A stretch of 64,000 bases of DNA from an uncultured Oscillospiraceae bacterium (GCA_964501725.1 CAZCTO010000007.1:10264-74263); one strand, 5' to 3'; shown: positions 21,406 through 30,920, counted from the first letter of the stretch. Numbers and translations are program-made. The notes: generated by a model not told the origin, from the sequence alone.

Positions 21406-21681
21406 ATGGAAACGGTTTACTTATGCGTTGGGATCGTAGCAATGATACTCTTTGTTATTATACCGATAACGGTTCAGATGAAAGAACTTACCGAATCCGA
21501 TAATATGGTGATAATATTCAAAGCTATAGTAACAGTATTAGGACCTTTTATTTTGTTCTCCTTGCTATGTTTACTTGATTTCGCAGTCCTGTTTTCCAAC
21601 AAAAACATTTACGCATATACTCACTCGCGGGAGATACACGATATTGATGCAGAAACGGGAAAGCCCAAACCCTTAATTTGA
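21406..21681 (+). CDS. Small membrane protein (2-3 TM)
   Basis: Internal ATG at 21406 (METVYLCVGIV...), 3 nt after the previous stop; the listed 21259 ORF is probably over-extended. Confidence 0.45.
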   Translation: METVYLCVGIVAMILFVIIPITVQMKELTESDNMVIIFKAIVTVLGPFILFSLLCLLDFAVLFSNKNIYAYTHSREIHDIDAETGKPKPLI

Positions 21682-21688
21682 TTATTGG

Positions 21689-22336
21689 TTACTCGAAATC
21701 ACTCCAGTCGGCAAACCAGAATATCGCTGCCCAAAACAATGCGAAGTAAAGCTGCCAGGAGCCAAATTGTAGTTCCATAGCTTGCAAAACAAAGGTGAAT
21801 GTATTGAGAGTACGGAAAACCCAAACCGCCCATTTCTTCATTCTCAAGAGATTGACAAAAAGGAAAATGCTCAGGAAACATGATACCAGAGCTACGATAA
21901 GCAGTCTACCGGTATAGTTATCCCACAAAACCCGAAAGAAAACGGTAAGCTTTGGAAAGACTTCTCTGTACGCATCTCTAAGCTTTGCGAGATAAAGACC
22001 ATTAATAATAATAGAGATCAAATTGGTTACGATCCCTATAATAGATATGACAAGGACCCATGTTTTTACTTTCGGACGATAATCATAGTTCTTTTTATCC
22101 TGTCGCGCGAGGAATTCGGGATCACTAACAGAGTTGGTATGCCCGCAAGACGGGCAAGTTTTGCCGGAGTTATAACGGAATCCGCAACTATTGCATAGTA
22201 CTTTCGGCTTAGGTGTTCCGATGCGGGCGCCTTTTTCCGCAGAGGGAGAGTTTTGCGCGGCAGGATCAACATCATGACGGCATGAGGGGCAGGTTGCTCC
22301 TGTGTCGAAATTTTGTCCGCAGTTTGAGCACTCCAT
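21689..22336 (-). CDS. Double zinc-ribbon protein with 4-TM C-terminal domain
   Basis: Two CxxC-(10-12)-CxxC ribbons (CSNCG..CPSC; CNSCG..CPSCGH) followed by 4 hydrophobic helices; promoter-like TTGACC-17-TATAAA upstream. Confidence 0.6.
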   Translation of the reverse strand: MECSNCGQNFDTGATCPSCRHDVDPAAQNSPSAEKGARIGTPKPKVLCNSCGFRYNSGKTCPSCGHTNSVSDPEFLARQDKKNYDYRPKVKTWVLVISIIGIVTNLISIIINGLYLAKLRDAYREVFPKLTVFFRVLWDNYTGRLLIVALVSCFLSIFLFVNLLRMKKWAVWVFRTLNTFTFVLQAMELQFGSWQLYFALFWAAIFWFADWSDFE

Positions 22337-22461
22337 TCTGTTACCTCACTTTTGTTGACTTTTTATATTAGATTATATATGTGATTATTAATCTTTATAA
22401 CAAATAACTAATCTATGGTCAAATATATCGGCACGCAGTGTTTTTTGCGGGCGCTTTAAAG

Positions 22462-22545
22462 TATCGCGCCGAGTGGCAACGGCATTTCTTTTTAATGCTG
22501 GCGGGCGCCTCGTTATCATCGATGAAAATGGACGCTATACCGACA
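22462..22545. repeat. Degenerate copy (~90% identity) of the 3' end of the PRTase gene at 23351-23434 (direct repeat, copy A)
   Basis: 84-bp alignment with ~8 mismatches; on the minus strand it encodes a decayed version of the last ~27 codons (..GIASIFIDDNEAPASIKKKCRCHSAR) with the stop codon lost. Confidence 0.8.
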
Positions 22546-22572
22546 GGGGACTCCGGGCAAGTGAATTATCGA

Positions 22573-23307
22573 TTAGGTTTTTATCAAAAAAGAGGCAATC
22601 AAAAAAGCAGATCCAAAGCCACTCATAAATAGCCCGAATAAGTAGTCGGAATACTTTTTCTTGTCGCCAAATCTCTTGGCGATAGGTTTTTTCCACAGAA
22701 AATAAAGACCTACACCCAGCAGATATACCGAGAAAATAAAAAGAAGAATTTTCATGCGCGCATAATCAATAGTCATTATCGACCGGGTGAGCCATAATCC
22801 GAAAAAACTGATCGGGAGTCCAAGCAGGGCGTAGAAGAGCGGATGATCAAAATCAATGACTTCCCGGATTTTCTTGACGGGAACTTCCGGTGCCAGAGCC
22901 TTTTGCAAATGTTCCAGAAATGCTTCGAATTGATCCAAACCAGAGATGAAAACGTTTTTGTCTCCACGGCAATAGATGTAGATTTCACGAATAGCCGCAC
23001 GTGAGGTTCTCTTAATTTTCACACCGGAGATATTGTCGTAGGGATAAATTTCAGTGCCTTTTGGAGTGATCCGCTCCATTACCGGTCCGGCGAAGCGAAT
23101 CTTTATCTTATTCATGTAGTCAAATAAAAAAAACAGCATCACGTTGATCATTGTGAGCGCGCCGGTAAAGGCTAAATAGACATAAATCGACAAAGGGTAT
23201 TTCAACAATAGTGACGACAGAAACAGTCCGGAAAGAAGGCTTGCGTAAAGTGTGGCAAAGGCCACTCTTCGTCGATTTGTTTCAATCATTGAAATTTTGA
23301 ATTCCAT
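22573..23307 (-). CDS. Hypothetical membrane protein
   Basis: N-terminal and C-terminal TM pairs flanking a soluble region; start taken at MEFKIS (23307); flanked by the two apt-3'-end repeat copies. Confidence 0.55.
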   Translation of the reverse strand: MEFKISMIETNRRRVAFATLYASLLSGLFLSSLLLKYPLSIYVYLAFTGALTMINVMLFFLFDYMNKIKIRFAGPVMERITPKGTEIYPYDNISGVKIKRTSRAAIREIYIYCRGDKNVFISGLDQFEAFLEHLQKALAPEVPVKKIREVIDFDHPLFYALLGLPISFFGLWLTRSIMTIDYARMKILLFIFSVYLLGVGLYFLWKKPIAKRFGDKKKYSDYLFGLFMSGFGSAFLIASFLIKT

Positions 23308-23349
23308 GGCAGCCCCGTCCAAACTCTGCTGAACTAAAACGTACTATCG

Positions 23350-23856
23350 TTATCGCGCCGAGTGGCAACGGTATTTCTTTTTTATCTTGGCGGTCGCCTC
23401 GTTATCGTCGATGGAAATGGACGCTATACCGATAATCGTTGCTCCTTGCTTTTCGAGCAGTCGAATTGCCGCTTGTACTTGTGAGCCGGTCTCAATCCAT
23501 TCGTCAACAAGGAGGACGCGGTCACCGAGCTTACAAGTACCTTCCGCAAGCTCGAGCGCTTTCTTTTGGTTAGAATAATCGGTGAATTCAGCAATGTCGG
23601 CGGGCACAGGCAATTTGCCGCCCTTGCGGATCGGGATGAATCCTTTCTGGAGACGCACAGCCATTGCCGCGCCCAGTACAAACCCGAGGGCGTCGATGCC
23701 GGCAACATACTCAATGGAATCCCCGATAAAGGGAGCAATCAGATCATGAACAAGTTCAGAAAAAGCGTCGCGATCCTTAAATATCGGGGTAACGTCGCAA
23801 CGTGCGCAATTGGTTTGCTCGTTGATCAGTGATAAGTATTTCTTCGTCTTTTCCAT
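23350..23856 (-). CDS. Type I phosphoribosyltransferase (adenine PRTase-like)
   Basis: Apt-like architecture (VAGIDALGFVLG..IPIRKGGKLP..RVLLVDEWIETGSQ PRPP-binding loop); 168 aa. Confidence 0.6.
   Translation of the reverse strand: MEKTKKYLSLINEQTNCARCDVTPIFKDRDAFSELVHDLIAPFIGDSIEYVAGIDALGFVLGAAMAVRLQKGFIPIRKGGKLPVPADIAEFTDYSNQKKALELAEGTCKLGDRVLLVDEWIETGSQVQAAIRLLEKQGATIIGIASISIDDNEATAKIKKKYRCHSAR
23351..23434. repeat. Direct repeat copy B = functional 3' end of the PRTase gene
   Basis: See 22462-22545. Confidence 0.8.
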
Positions 23857-24201
23857 TCAGGCCCACCTCCTCTGAGAATAAGCAAACGAAATTTACATTT
23901 ATACATAGTTTATCACGAGATTTATTTTCGTGAAGTGGTTTATCAACTTTTCTGTGAGAGATAACCCCGATTACATCAGAATTCGGTCTGTTGAACAGAA
24001 AATGATATAAATCTCGCAAGCCCAACAAGCCTAATCGAGGAAGTGATCGTAAATATAAGTAATCTTCTCCGGTGTTGAATGATGGCGTCCTTAATCTATG
24101 TCGGCGATATAATGATTATATACAAATTCTTAAAAGAGCCTTAGAATATCCTTTATCGGGTGTCTTTAACATCAGGCGTCTATTGAGGAGGAGAAATAGT
24201 T

Positions 24202-26301
24202 ATGGAAACCTATCAAATAGTAATACTGGTAATTGTTGGTATTGTTTTTCTCTATCTGTTCATTTTCAAGATATTGGGTCTTCGTGTCATTAACGCGAAT
24301 GAAGTCGCAGTGATCGAAAAGTGGTGGAGCTTTAAAGGTTCATTGAAAGATGCCATCATAGCACTCAACGGAGAGGCCGGTTATTCCCCGCATTTACTGC
24401 GTGGAGGTATACATTTCAAGACCGTTCTCATGTATAGAATACATAAATATCCGCTAATCACGATTCCGCAGGGTCAAATAGCGTATATCTTTGCGCGTGA
24501 CGGACAGCCGCTTGCACCCAAACAAACACTGGGTAAAGTAGTTGCGGAAGCCAACAATTTCCAGAATATCATCGGCTTTCTCCAAAACGGAGGTCAAAGA
24601 GGACCTCAGCGCGGTATCCTCAGAGAAGGTACATACGCGATTAACCTTGCGCAGTTTATCGTCATCACGGCTACTGATATCAAGGCCATTTTCAACGGGT
24701 CCAAGCAGGAGCGTGCCGAACTTGCGATCATGCAACAAACGCTCCTTTCCCGTAATGCTTTCAGCCCGGTTATTATTATGGGAACCAACAATCAGCCGTC
24801 GGATATGATGGGTATTGTTACGGTACATGACGGACTTTCTCTATCGGAAGGCGAAATTATTGCGCCATATGTCGGAGAAGAACACGCAAGTTTCCAGGAT
24901 CCCGAGAAATTTCTTGAACTCGGCGGAAGACGCGGTAAGCAGATTCAGGTTCTGATCGACGGAACTTATTATATTAACCGTTTGTTTGCAACCGTTGAAT
25001 TTCTCCCCAAGACGGTTGTTCCGATTGGTTTTGTCGGTGTCGTTGTATCTTTCTTCGGTAAAGAAGGTGTAGATACGACCGGGGCGGAATACAGGCACGG
25101 AGAACTGGTCGGGGAAGGTTGCAAAGGCGTTCTCGAGAAGCCTCTGATGCCCGGTAAGTACGCGTTTAACACGGATGCGGGTAGAGTTGTGCTGGTTCCA
25201 ACGACGAACATTATCCTGAAATGGAATAAGTCGGAAGTCGGAGATCACAAGTACGATGAGAACCTGACTGAAGTGGATATCATCACGAAGGACGCCTTCG
25301 AACCTTCACTGCCGCTGTCAGTCGTTATGCATATTGACTACAAGCAGGCTCCTTGGGTAATTCAGCGTTTCGGCGACATCAGCATGTTGGTTAACCAGTC
25401 CCTCGATCCCCTTGTCAGCGCCTATTTCAAGGATGTTGCGCAGACCAAGACCATCATCGAGCTGATTCAGGAGCGTAGCGCTATCCGCGAAAGAGCGGTT
25501 GAAGAGATGCGTATGAAGTTCCAGAAGTATAATCTGCAACTGGAAGAAGTCCTGATCGGTACTCCGAAAGCCGCTGTCGGCGACGTTCAAATTGAAAACA
25601 TTCTGGCTCAGCTCCGTGATCGTCAGATTGCCGAAGAAAAGAAAGTTACCTATGGCAAGCAGCAATCCGCGGCAGAGAGCGAGAAGTCCTTGCGTGAGGC
25701 TGAAGCCGCTGCTGAGCAACAGAACTTCCTGACGAAGTCGAAGATCCAGATCGAGATTGAAGGAAACGCCGGCGCGGCCCTTGCCAGCAAAGCCGAACAG
25801 GAAGCCAATCAGATTGTTGCCCTTGCAAAGGCGAACAATGCCAGAATCCGACTCGAAGGAGAGGCGGAAGCTTCCAAGGAATCAAATGTCGGTCTTGCCA
25901 AGGCACAGGCAATCGACGCACAGGTTAAGGCCTACGGCGGAGCGCAGTTCCGCGTTATTCAGGACGTTACCGAGAAACTTGCCGACGCCATTAAGTCATC
26001 GAAGGTCGACATTGTCCCGAAGACGATGGTCAATATGGGCGGTACAGGCGAAGGAGCAAATGGCGGAACCGGAACCGTACTCGATGCGCTTCTCAAGTTC
26101 ATTACTCTCGAAAAGCTTGGGATTGCAGTTACAGCCGGTGAGACAGAGACACAAGAGATAAAAGCCGGAACGACCGCAAAAGCACCTGTTAAATTGTCAG
26201 AAGATAAACCCGCACCTGTGATGGTTGCAGAGGTTAAAAAGGCTGCTGAAGAGGTTATAACCAAAGCGAAGCCGGCAGAAGACAAAAAGCCGAAGGCATA
26301 A
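24202..26301 (+). CDS. Flotillin/SPFH (band 7) family protein, 699 aa
   Basis: N-terminal TM, SPFH domain, long Ala/Glu-rich coiled-coil flotillin repeats (AEAAAEQQ.., EGEAEASKE..), extended Lys/Ala/Pro-rich C-terminus. Confidence 0.75.
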   Translation: METYQIVILVIVGIVFLYLFIFKILGLRVINANEVAVIEKWWSFKGSLKDAIIALNGEAGYSPHLLRGGIHFKTVLMYRIHKYPLITIPQGQIAYIFARDGQPLAPKQTLGKVVAEANNFQNIIGFLQNGGQRGPQRGILREGTYAINLAQFIVITATDIKAIFNGSKQERAELAIMQQTLLSRNAFSPVIIMGTNNQPSDMMGIVTVHDGLSLSEGEIIAPYVGEEHASFQDPEKFLELGGRRGKQIQVLIDGTYYINRLFATVEFLPKTVVPIGFVGVVVSFFGKEGVDTTGAEYRHGELVGEGCKGVLEKPLMPGKYAFNTDAGRVVLVPTTNIILKWNKSEVGDHKYDENLTEVDIITKDAFEPSLPLSVVMHIDYKQAPWVIQRFGDISMLVNQSLDPLVSAYFKDVAQTKTIIELIQERSAIRERAVEEMRMKFQKYNLQLEEVLIGTPKAAVGDVQIENILAQLRDRQIAEEKKVTYGKQQSAAESEKSLREAEAAAEQQNFLTKSKIQIEIEGNAGAALASKAEQEANQIVALAKANNARIRLEGEAEASKESNVGLAKAQAIDAQVKAYGGAQFRVIQDVTEKLADAIKSSKVDIVPKTMVNMGGTGEGANGGTGTVLDALLKFITLEKLGIAVTAGETETQEIKAGTTAKAPVKLSEDKPAPVMVAEVKKAAEEVITKAKPAEDKKPKA

Positions 26302-26322
26302 AATCACTTGAATGAATTGTTG

Positions 26323-26368
26323 AATGCCTCCTTTTCCGCTTGAACCGCGAAGAGGAGGCATTTTTTCT
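26323..26368 (+). terminator. Intrinsic terminator after the flotillin gene
   Basis: AATGCCTCC stem / GGAGGCATT with a ~20-nt loop followed by TTTTTTCTTCC. Confidence 0.6.
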
Positions 26369-26438
26369 TCCATGTTTTTCGATATATCGATATAATACAC
26401 ATGTTGAATAACGAAACGTTTTTTCGGGGTGAAGTGAT

Positions 26439-27122
26439 ATGCAGAGTTCAGTCGTTTTAATTGTTGAAGATGATAATGATATCAACAATATGCTCCGGGA
26501 CCTTCTCGCAAGTTCGGGATATAAGGTTTCTTCTGCTTTTTCGGGCACGGAAGCGCTGCTCTGCCTGGAAAAGACCCATTACGATTTAGTCCTGCTCGAC
26601 CTGATGCTTCCGGGCATGTGCGGCGAAAAAGTGCTTGAGCATATTTGCTGCGATTTTCACGTTCCGACGATTATTGTTTCATCCAAGGATAATAAAAACG
26701 AACGTCTGGAATGTATGCGGAACGGCGCGGAAGACTATATCACCAAGCCTTTTGACAATGACGAGCTTCTGGTTCGTATGGAAGTGATCATTCGGCGCTA
26801 CCAAAACGGGTCGGATAATTCGGGAGAGTCCCTGAAATATAAAGAATTGACTCTCAATCGGAACGATTTTACCGCTTGCCTGAATCACAATCCGGTCCCC
26901 CTGACGAAGCGGGAGTTCCGGATTTTGGAACTGCTCATGAGTTGTCCACATAAGGTTTTTACCAAAGATAATATTTTCGAATCGGTGTGGAACGAGGAGT
27001 TTTTGGGCGAGGATAACGCCGTGAATGTTCATGTAAGCAATATCCGGACCAAATTGTCCAAAATAAACCCTGAGGGCAGGTACATCAAAACCGTCTGGGG
27101 AATCGGATTCAAAATGGAATGA
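26439..27122 (+). CDS. OmpR-family response regulator
   Basis: Receiver domain (IVEDDNDI..D..LLDLMLPG) plus winged-helix C-terminal domain. Confidence 0.85.
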   Translation: MQSSVVLIVEDDNDINNMLRDLLASSGYKVSSAFSGTEALLCLEKTHYDLVLLDLMLPGMCGEKVLEHICCDFHVPTIIVSSKDNKNERLECMRNGAEDYITKPFDNDELLVRMEVIIRRYQNGSDNSGESLKYKELTLNRNDFTACLNHNPVPLTKREFRILELLMSCPHKVFTKDNIFESVWNEEFLGEDNAVNVHVSNIRTKLSKINPEGRYIKTVWGIGFKME

Positions 27123-27217
27123 AAAATTATAACTTTCTTTAGATTTTAACTATGATTTATAAAAGCTTCCGGTTCAGAATAACAACAGGTCAATTATTGT
27201 TTTTGGGGAGGTAAGGA

Positions 27218-28129
27218 ATGGAATATGTTTTGAAGACCACACAACTGTCCAAACTATTTCGCGGTGTACCGGCCGTTAATCGGGCGAACATGAATGTCAG
27301 AAGGGGAGATATTTACGGTTTTATCGGACGAAACGGTGCAGGGAAGACCACTATGCTCCGTATGATTGTCGGGCTTGCCGCTCCGTCATCCGGTGAGATG
27401 GAACTTTTCGGTTCCCATGATCTGAATACCCACAGAGCAAGGTTTGGCTCAATTATTGAAGCCCCCGCGCTTTATCCCTTTATGACGGCAAAAGACAACA
27501 TGGAAGTTCAGCGCCGACTCATCGGAAATCCTCAGAAAGAGGAAATCGAGCAATTTCTTAAGACAGTCGGGCTTGATGATACAAGGGAAAAGAAGGTCAA
27601 GAATTTTTCGCTCGGCATGAAGCAGCGACTTGCGATTGCAATGGCACTCCTCGGGAAACCGGACGTACTGCTGCTGGATGAGCCGACGAATGGGTTGGAT
27701 CCTATCGGAATCATGGAAATTCGCGAGCTTGTTACCAAGTTGAACCGCGAAAACGGCATCACATTCATTATTTCCAGTCATATTCTCGGCGAGCTGTCAA
27801 AGATGGCAACCAATTACGGAATCATCAATAAGGGAATCCTTGTGGAGGAGTTCAGTCGCGAGCAACTTGAGGAAAGATGCAAGAAGTGCATTCTGATTAA
27901 GACGCCGAAATGCCCGGAAGTTACTGTTATTCTCGATGAGATTGCCGCTCCGGGAAGTTATGAAGTCGTCGACGGGAACACCATTCGTTTGTATCAATTT
28001 CTGGATAATCCCTCATATGTGAATCAGGAAATAACCAAAAGAGAGGTCTATGTCGATGCCATATCTTTGGAAGGACAGGATCTTGAAGGCTACTTTATGG
28101 ATTTGATGGGAGGGATTAACCGTGAATAA
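27218..28129 (+). CDS. ABC transporter ATP-binding protein (ABC-2/lantibiotic-immunity type)
   Basis: Walker A GRNGAGKTT, signature LSLGMKQR, Walker B LLLDEPT. Confidence 0.85.
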   Translation: MEYVLKTTQLSKLFRGVPAVNRANMNVRRGDIYGFIGRNGAGKTTMLRMIVGLAAPSSGEMELFGSHDLNTHRARFGSIIEAPALYPFMTAKDNMEVQRRLIGNPQKEEIEQFLKTVGLDDTREKKVKNFSLGMKQRLAIAMALLGKPDVLLLDEPTNGLDPIGIMEIRELVTKLNRENGITFIISSHILGELSKMATNYGIINKGILVEEFSREQLEERCKKCILIKTPKCPEVTVILDEIAAPGSYEVVDGNTIRLYQFLDNPSYVNQEITKREVYVDAISLEGQDLEGYFMDLMGGINRE

Positions 28130-28916
28130 TTTACTGAGCGCGGAGTTTTTTAAACTTTTCCGAAGGAAATCATTTTATATTTGCATCACCATACTCCTTA
28201 TATTGATTGTGATATCGGCTTATTCAATGAAATATTTTATCGATAAAGAATTTATTTCCGAGAATGATTCCGAAGTGTTAGGACTTGATCTTTCTGATAT
28301 TTCAGCGGCAAGCCAGCTGCCGGCAACATTTACGGACAGTGATACGTTTTCATTGCTGTTGGCAATCATTATCTCGCTATTTATCTGTACCGATTATTCC
28401 TGCGGTGCAATTAAAAACACATGCTCCAGAGGATACTCGCGCTGGAAAATTTACTTATCCAAGCTGGTTACGGCGTGGTTTGCTTCGGCTGTGTTTATCG
28501 TTTTAAGCACAATCGTCCGATTTTTGAGTTACGGAATTTTCTTCAAATTCGGGACGATGACAAGTGATATGGTAATTGAGTTTCTGCTGATTTGCGGTCT
28601 GGAGCTGCTTATCTACATGGCACTGAGTTCGATTTTTGTCTTCATATCTACGCTGGCGAAGAACCCGGGTGGTGCAATCGCGGCGAACATTTCGCTTTCG
28701 ATTTTCTTGGCACTCATCTTGCAGATTCTGGCAATTTTTAACGATTCGGACATCAATTTGATGGAGTATTGGCTTGTTTCTATAGGCGCGGAAATCGGTC
28801 ATTACAATATCAGCGGTGATGTAATTGCCAGAGTAGTCGTCGTAGCTTTAGCCTATTTGGCGGTTTTCATGCCACTTGGTTTTTCGCTCTTCGAAAAAGA
28901 AGACATCAAAGTTTAA
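28122..28916 (+). CDS. ABC-2 type transporter permease
   Basis: 6-TM protein starting MNNLLSAEFFKLFRRK (typical ABC-2 permease N-terminus); overlaps the ATPase stop. Confidence 0.75.
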   Translation: MNNLLSAEFFKLFRRKSFYICITILLILIVISAYSMKYFIDKEFISENDSEVLGLDLSDISAASQLPATFTDSDTFSLLLAIIISLFICTDYSCGAIKNTCSRGYSRWKIYLSKLVTAWFASAVFIVLSTIVRFLSYGIFFKFGTMTSDMVIEFLLICGLELLIYMALSSIFVFISTLAKNPGGAIAANISLSIFLALILQILAIFNDSDINLMEYWLVSIGAEIGHYNISGDVIARVVVVALAYLAVFMPLGFSLFEKEDIKV

Positions 28917-28937
28917 ATCCCTTCAGGAGAACAGAGG

Positions 28938-29855
28938 ATGGAGACAGCGCTTCTCATCATCGCAATTGTAAGTCTTCTGTTGGCGGGCATTATGTCCGCC
29001 TTTCTCCTTTACTATCATTTACAGATTCGCAACCTTGCCCGGAAGGCAAAAATGATCTCGGAGACCGAGACAAATTTGGAAATGACGGCAGTTTCCACGG
29101 ATAAAAGTATCAACGAGCTGTGCCTTTCGATCAACAAGATTATTGAGAAAGAGAAAGAAGCCCGCAATAAAGAGTATCTTCTTAACCAGCTCTTTCGGGA
29201 GAGCATCACAAACATCTCTCATGATATCCGGACGCCGATTACCTCAGCTCGCGGTTATGTACAGCTTCTCGGAAAGGACGAGCTTCCTTCCGAGAAGCGT
29301 TCGGCATATCTGCCGATTGTTGAAGGACGTATTCTCTCGGTGCATAATTTGCTGAGCCAGCTTTTCGAGTATTCCAGAATTGAGTCCGGCGACTATCTTA
29401 TCGAAACAGCTCGCATAAACCTTTGTTCTGTCGCCCGCAAAACGATGTCGCTGTTTTATAACGATTTTGAGGAGAAGGGAATCAAGCCCGAAATCGAAAT
29501 CCCCGATCAACCGTACTACATCGCCGGTGACGCGGAAGCACTGAACAGAATATTCCAGAATGTAGTCAGTAACGCACTGTTACACGGAGAAAAGCGATTT
29601 TCGATGAGTGTAAAGAAAACCGGGCAGACCTGTCGCGTAGTCATTACCAATTTGACCGACACAATGCAGAAGGAAGAAGCGGAGCACATATTTGACCGGC
29701 TGTTTACGGCAGACCATTCCGGAGCTCGAAAAACAACAGGATTGGGCCTATCAATTGCCAAGAGACTTGTTGAGATGATGGACGGCCAAATTGGATCATC
29801 TTATCATGCAGGCGTTTTCCAGATTGCCATCGAATTTCCGATGCTGAGAGACTGA
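28938..29855 (+). CDS. Sensor histidine kinase (short extracytoplasmic sensing type)
   Basis: Single N-terminal TM, H-box SHDIRTPITSARGY, HATPase_c motifs (GLGLSIAKRLVEMM). Confidence 0.8.
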   Translation: METALLIIAIVSLLLAGIMSAFLLYYHLQIRNLARKAKMISETETNLEMTAVSTDKSINELCLSINKIIEKEKEARNKEYLLNQLFRESITNISHDIRTPITSARGYVQLLGKDELPSEKRSAYLPIVEGRILSVHNLLSQLFEYSRIESGDYLIETARINLCSVARKTMSLFYNDFEEKGIKPEIEIPDQPYYIAGDAEALNRIFQNVVSNALLHGEKRFSMSVKKTGQTCRVVITNLTDTMQKEEAEHIFDRLFTADHSGARKTTGLGLSIAKRLVEMMDGQIGSSYHAGVFQIAIEFPMLRD

Positions 29856-29992
29856 CACAGGCCTCCGGAGGACAAAACCCATTTCTTTATTAATTCTGAG
29901 CGGTTTTTCGAAGAAGATGGTACAATACTAATCAGACTCAGCTCATGAATGTTGTTTTGATATCGTTTAGAGCAAACAGGGAGGTATTCTAT

Positions 29993-30241
29993 ATGAATGA
30001 CTATCAGATCATGATCATTCGGGTAAGCCATCGTATCAACAGTGCAGATAAGCTCCAGAAAGTCTTTACAAAATACGGATGTAACATTAAGACCCGGCTT
30101 GGTTTGCATGAGGCCGGAGAGGCTTGCGGTGTGGACGGATTAATTATCTTGCAACTGGTCAAAGCGGTAGAGGATAATATCGAATTTATGAATGAGCTGA
30201 ATGCCATTGAGGGCATCAAGGCACAGAGAACCGAAATTTGA
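29993..30241 (+). CDS. Small ACT/NikR-C-like protein (possibly TM1266-family regulator)
   Basis: 83-aa ORF with RBS GGGAGG 8 nt upstream; family call from a weak recalled pattern only. Confidence 0.35.
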   Translation: MNDYQIMIIRVSHRINSADKLQKVFTKYGCNIKTRLGLHEAGEACGVDGLIILQLVKAVEDNIEFMNELNAIEGIKAQRTEI

Positions 30242-30409
30242 GACCGTCATCCACAAAAATAATCTGCAAAAAACTCGTTTCGGAGTCTTTTGTGTTTTCG
30301 GAAGATCAAGAGGAGTATGTTTGAACGGTAAACCGCCGAAGTATGAATGGAGAACAGAATGCACGAGATTAGAAAAGCGAAACTTCACGATTATTAAGAC
30401 CTGAATCGA

Positions 30410-30799
30410 TTGTATCTTCAACTGTCCAATGGAGATCACGGCATGTCGAGCGATTTTCAGGCGATTTTCGAGCAAATGCAAAAAGACCCCGCTTACTATC
30501 TTATGGTTGCAGTCGACGGGGATAAGAAGGTCAGAGGCAGTGTGCTGGGCATTATATGCAATTCACTGGCAGCAAATTACGAGAAGTTTCTGGTGATTGA
30601 AGACGTGATCGTTGACGAAGCGTCCCGGCGCAGCGGAATCGGACGTGAACTCTTTATGAAAATGGATGAAATTGCGATTCAAAATAAATGTGCCTATTCA
30701 ATTCTTGTCTCCTCCGGATTCAGAAAGGGAGCTCATCAGTTTTACGAGAGTATGGGATATTACGACAGCGTGCAGGGGTTTCGCAAGAAATTCGTGTAG
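30410..30799 (+). CDS. GNAT family N-acetyltransferase
   Basis: RRSGIGRELF...FYESMGY motifs; 129 aa. Confidence 0.7.
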   Translation: MYLQLSNGDHGMSSDFQAIFEQMQKDPAYYLMVAVDGDKKVRGSVLGIICNSLAANYEKFLVIEDVIVDEASRRSGIGRELFMKMDEIAIQNKCAYSILVSSGFRKGAHQFYESMGYYDSVQGFRKKFV

Positions 30800-30920
30800 G
30801 AGTACGGATGGGCCGTTCATACGCCCGTCAAATTTCTGCTATAATATAAATAAATAGATGAGTTAATATTGGTTTTCCGGCGGTATCGTGTGACACGTAA
30901 GCGGAAGTGAGATATCAGCA

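Noticed and set aside
21259-21681. 140-aa ORF overlapping the 21158-21403 ORF in another frame
   Set aside because: Resolved as two consecutive small membrane genes. The second starts at the internal ATG 21406, 3 nt after the first stop; the upstream extension lacks an RBS.
23857-24050. Purine riboswitch upstream of the apt-like PRTase
   Set aside because: Same motif check on the minus-strand leader was negative; only a plausible TATAAAT -10 was found.
24072-24293. 73-aa ORF overlapping the flotillin start
   Set aside because: No RBS and an odd composition; it overlaps the well-supported flotillin start and promoter region, so likely spurious.
29866-29875. Palindrome CCTCCGGAGG after the histidine kinase gene as a terminator
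   Set aside because: Self-complementary with no loop (cannot fold as hairpin) and no U-tract; probably a coincidental palindromic site.
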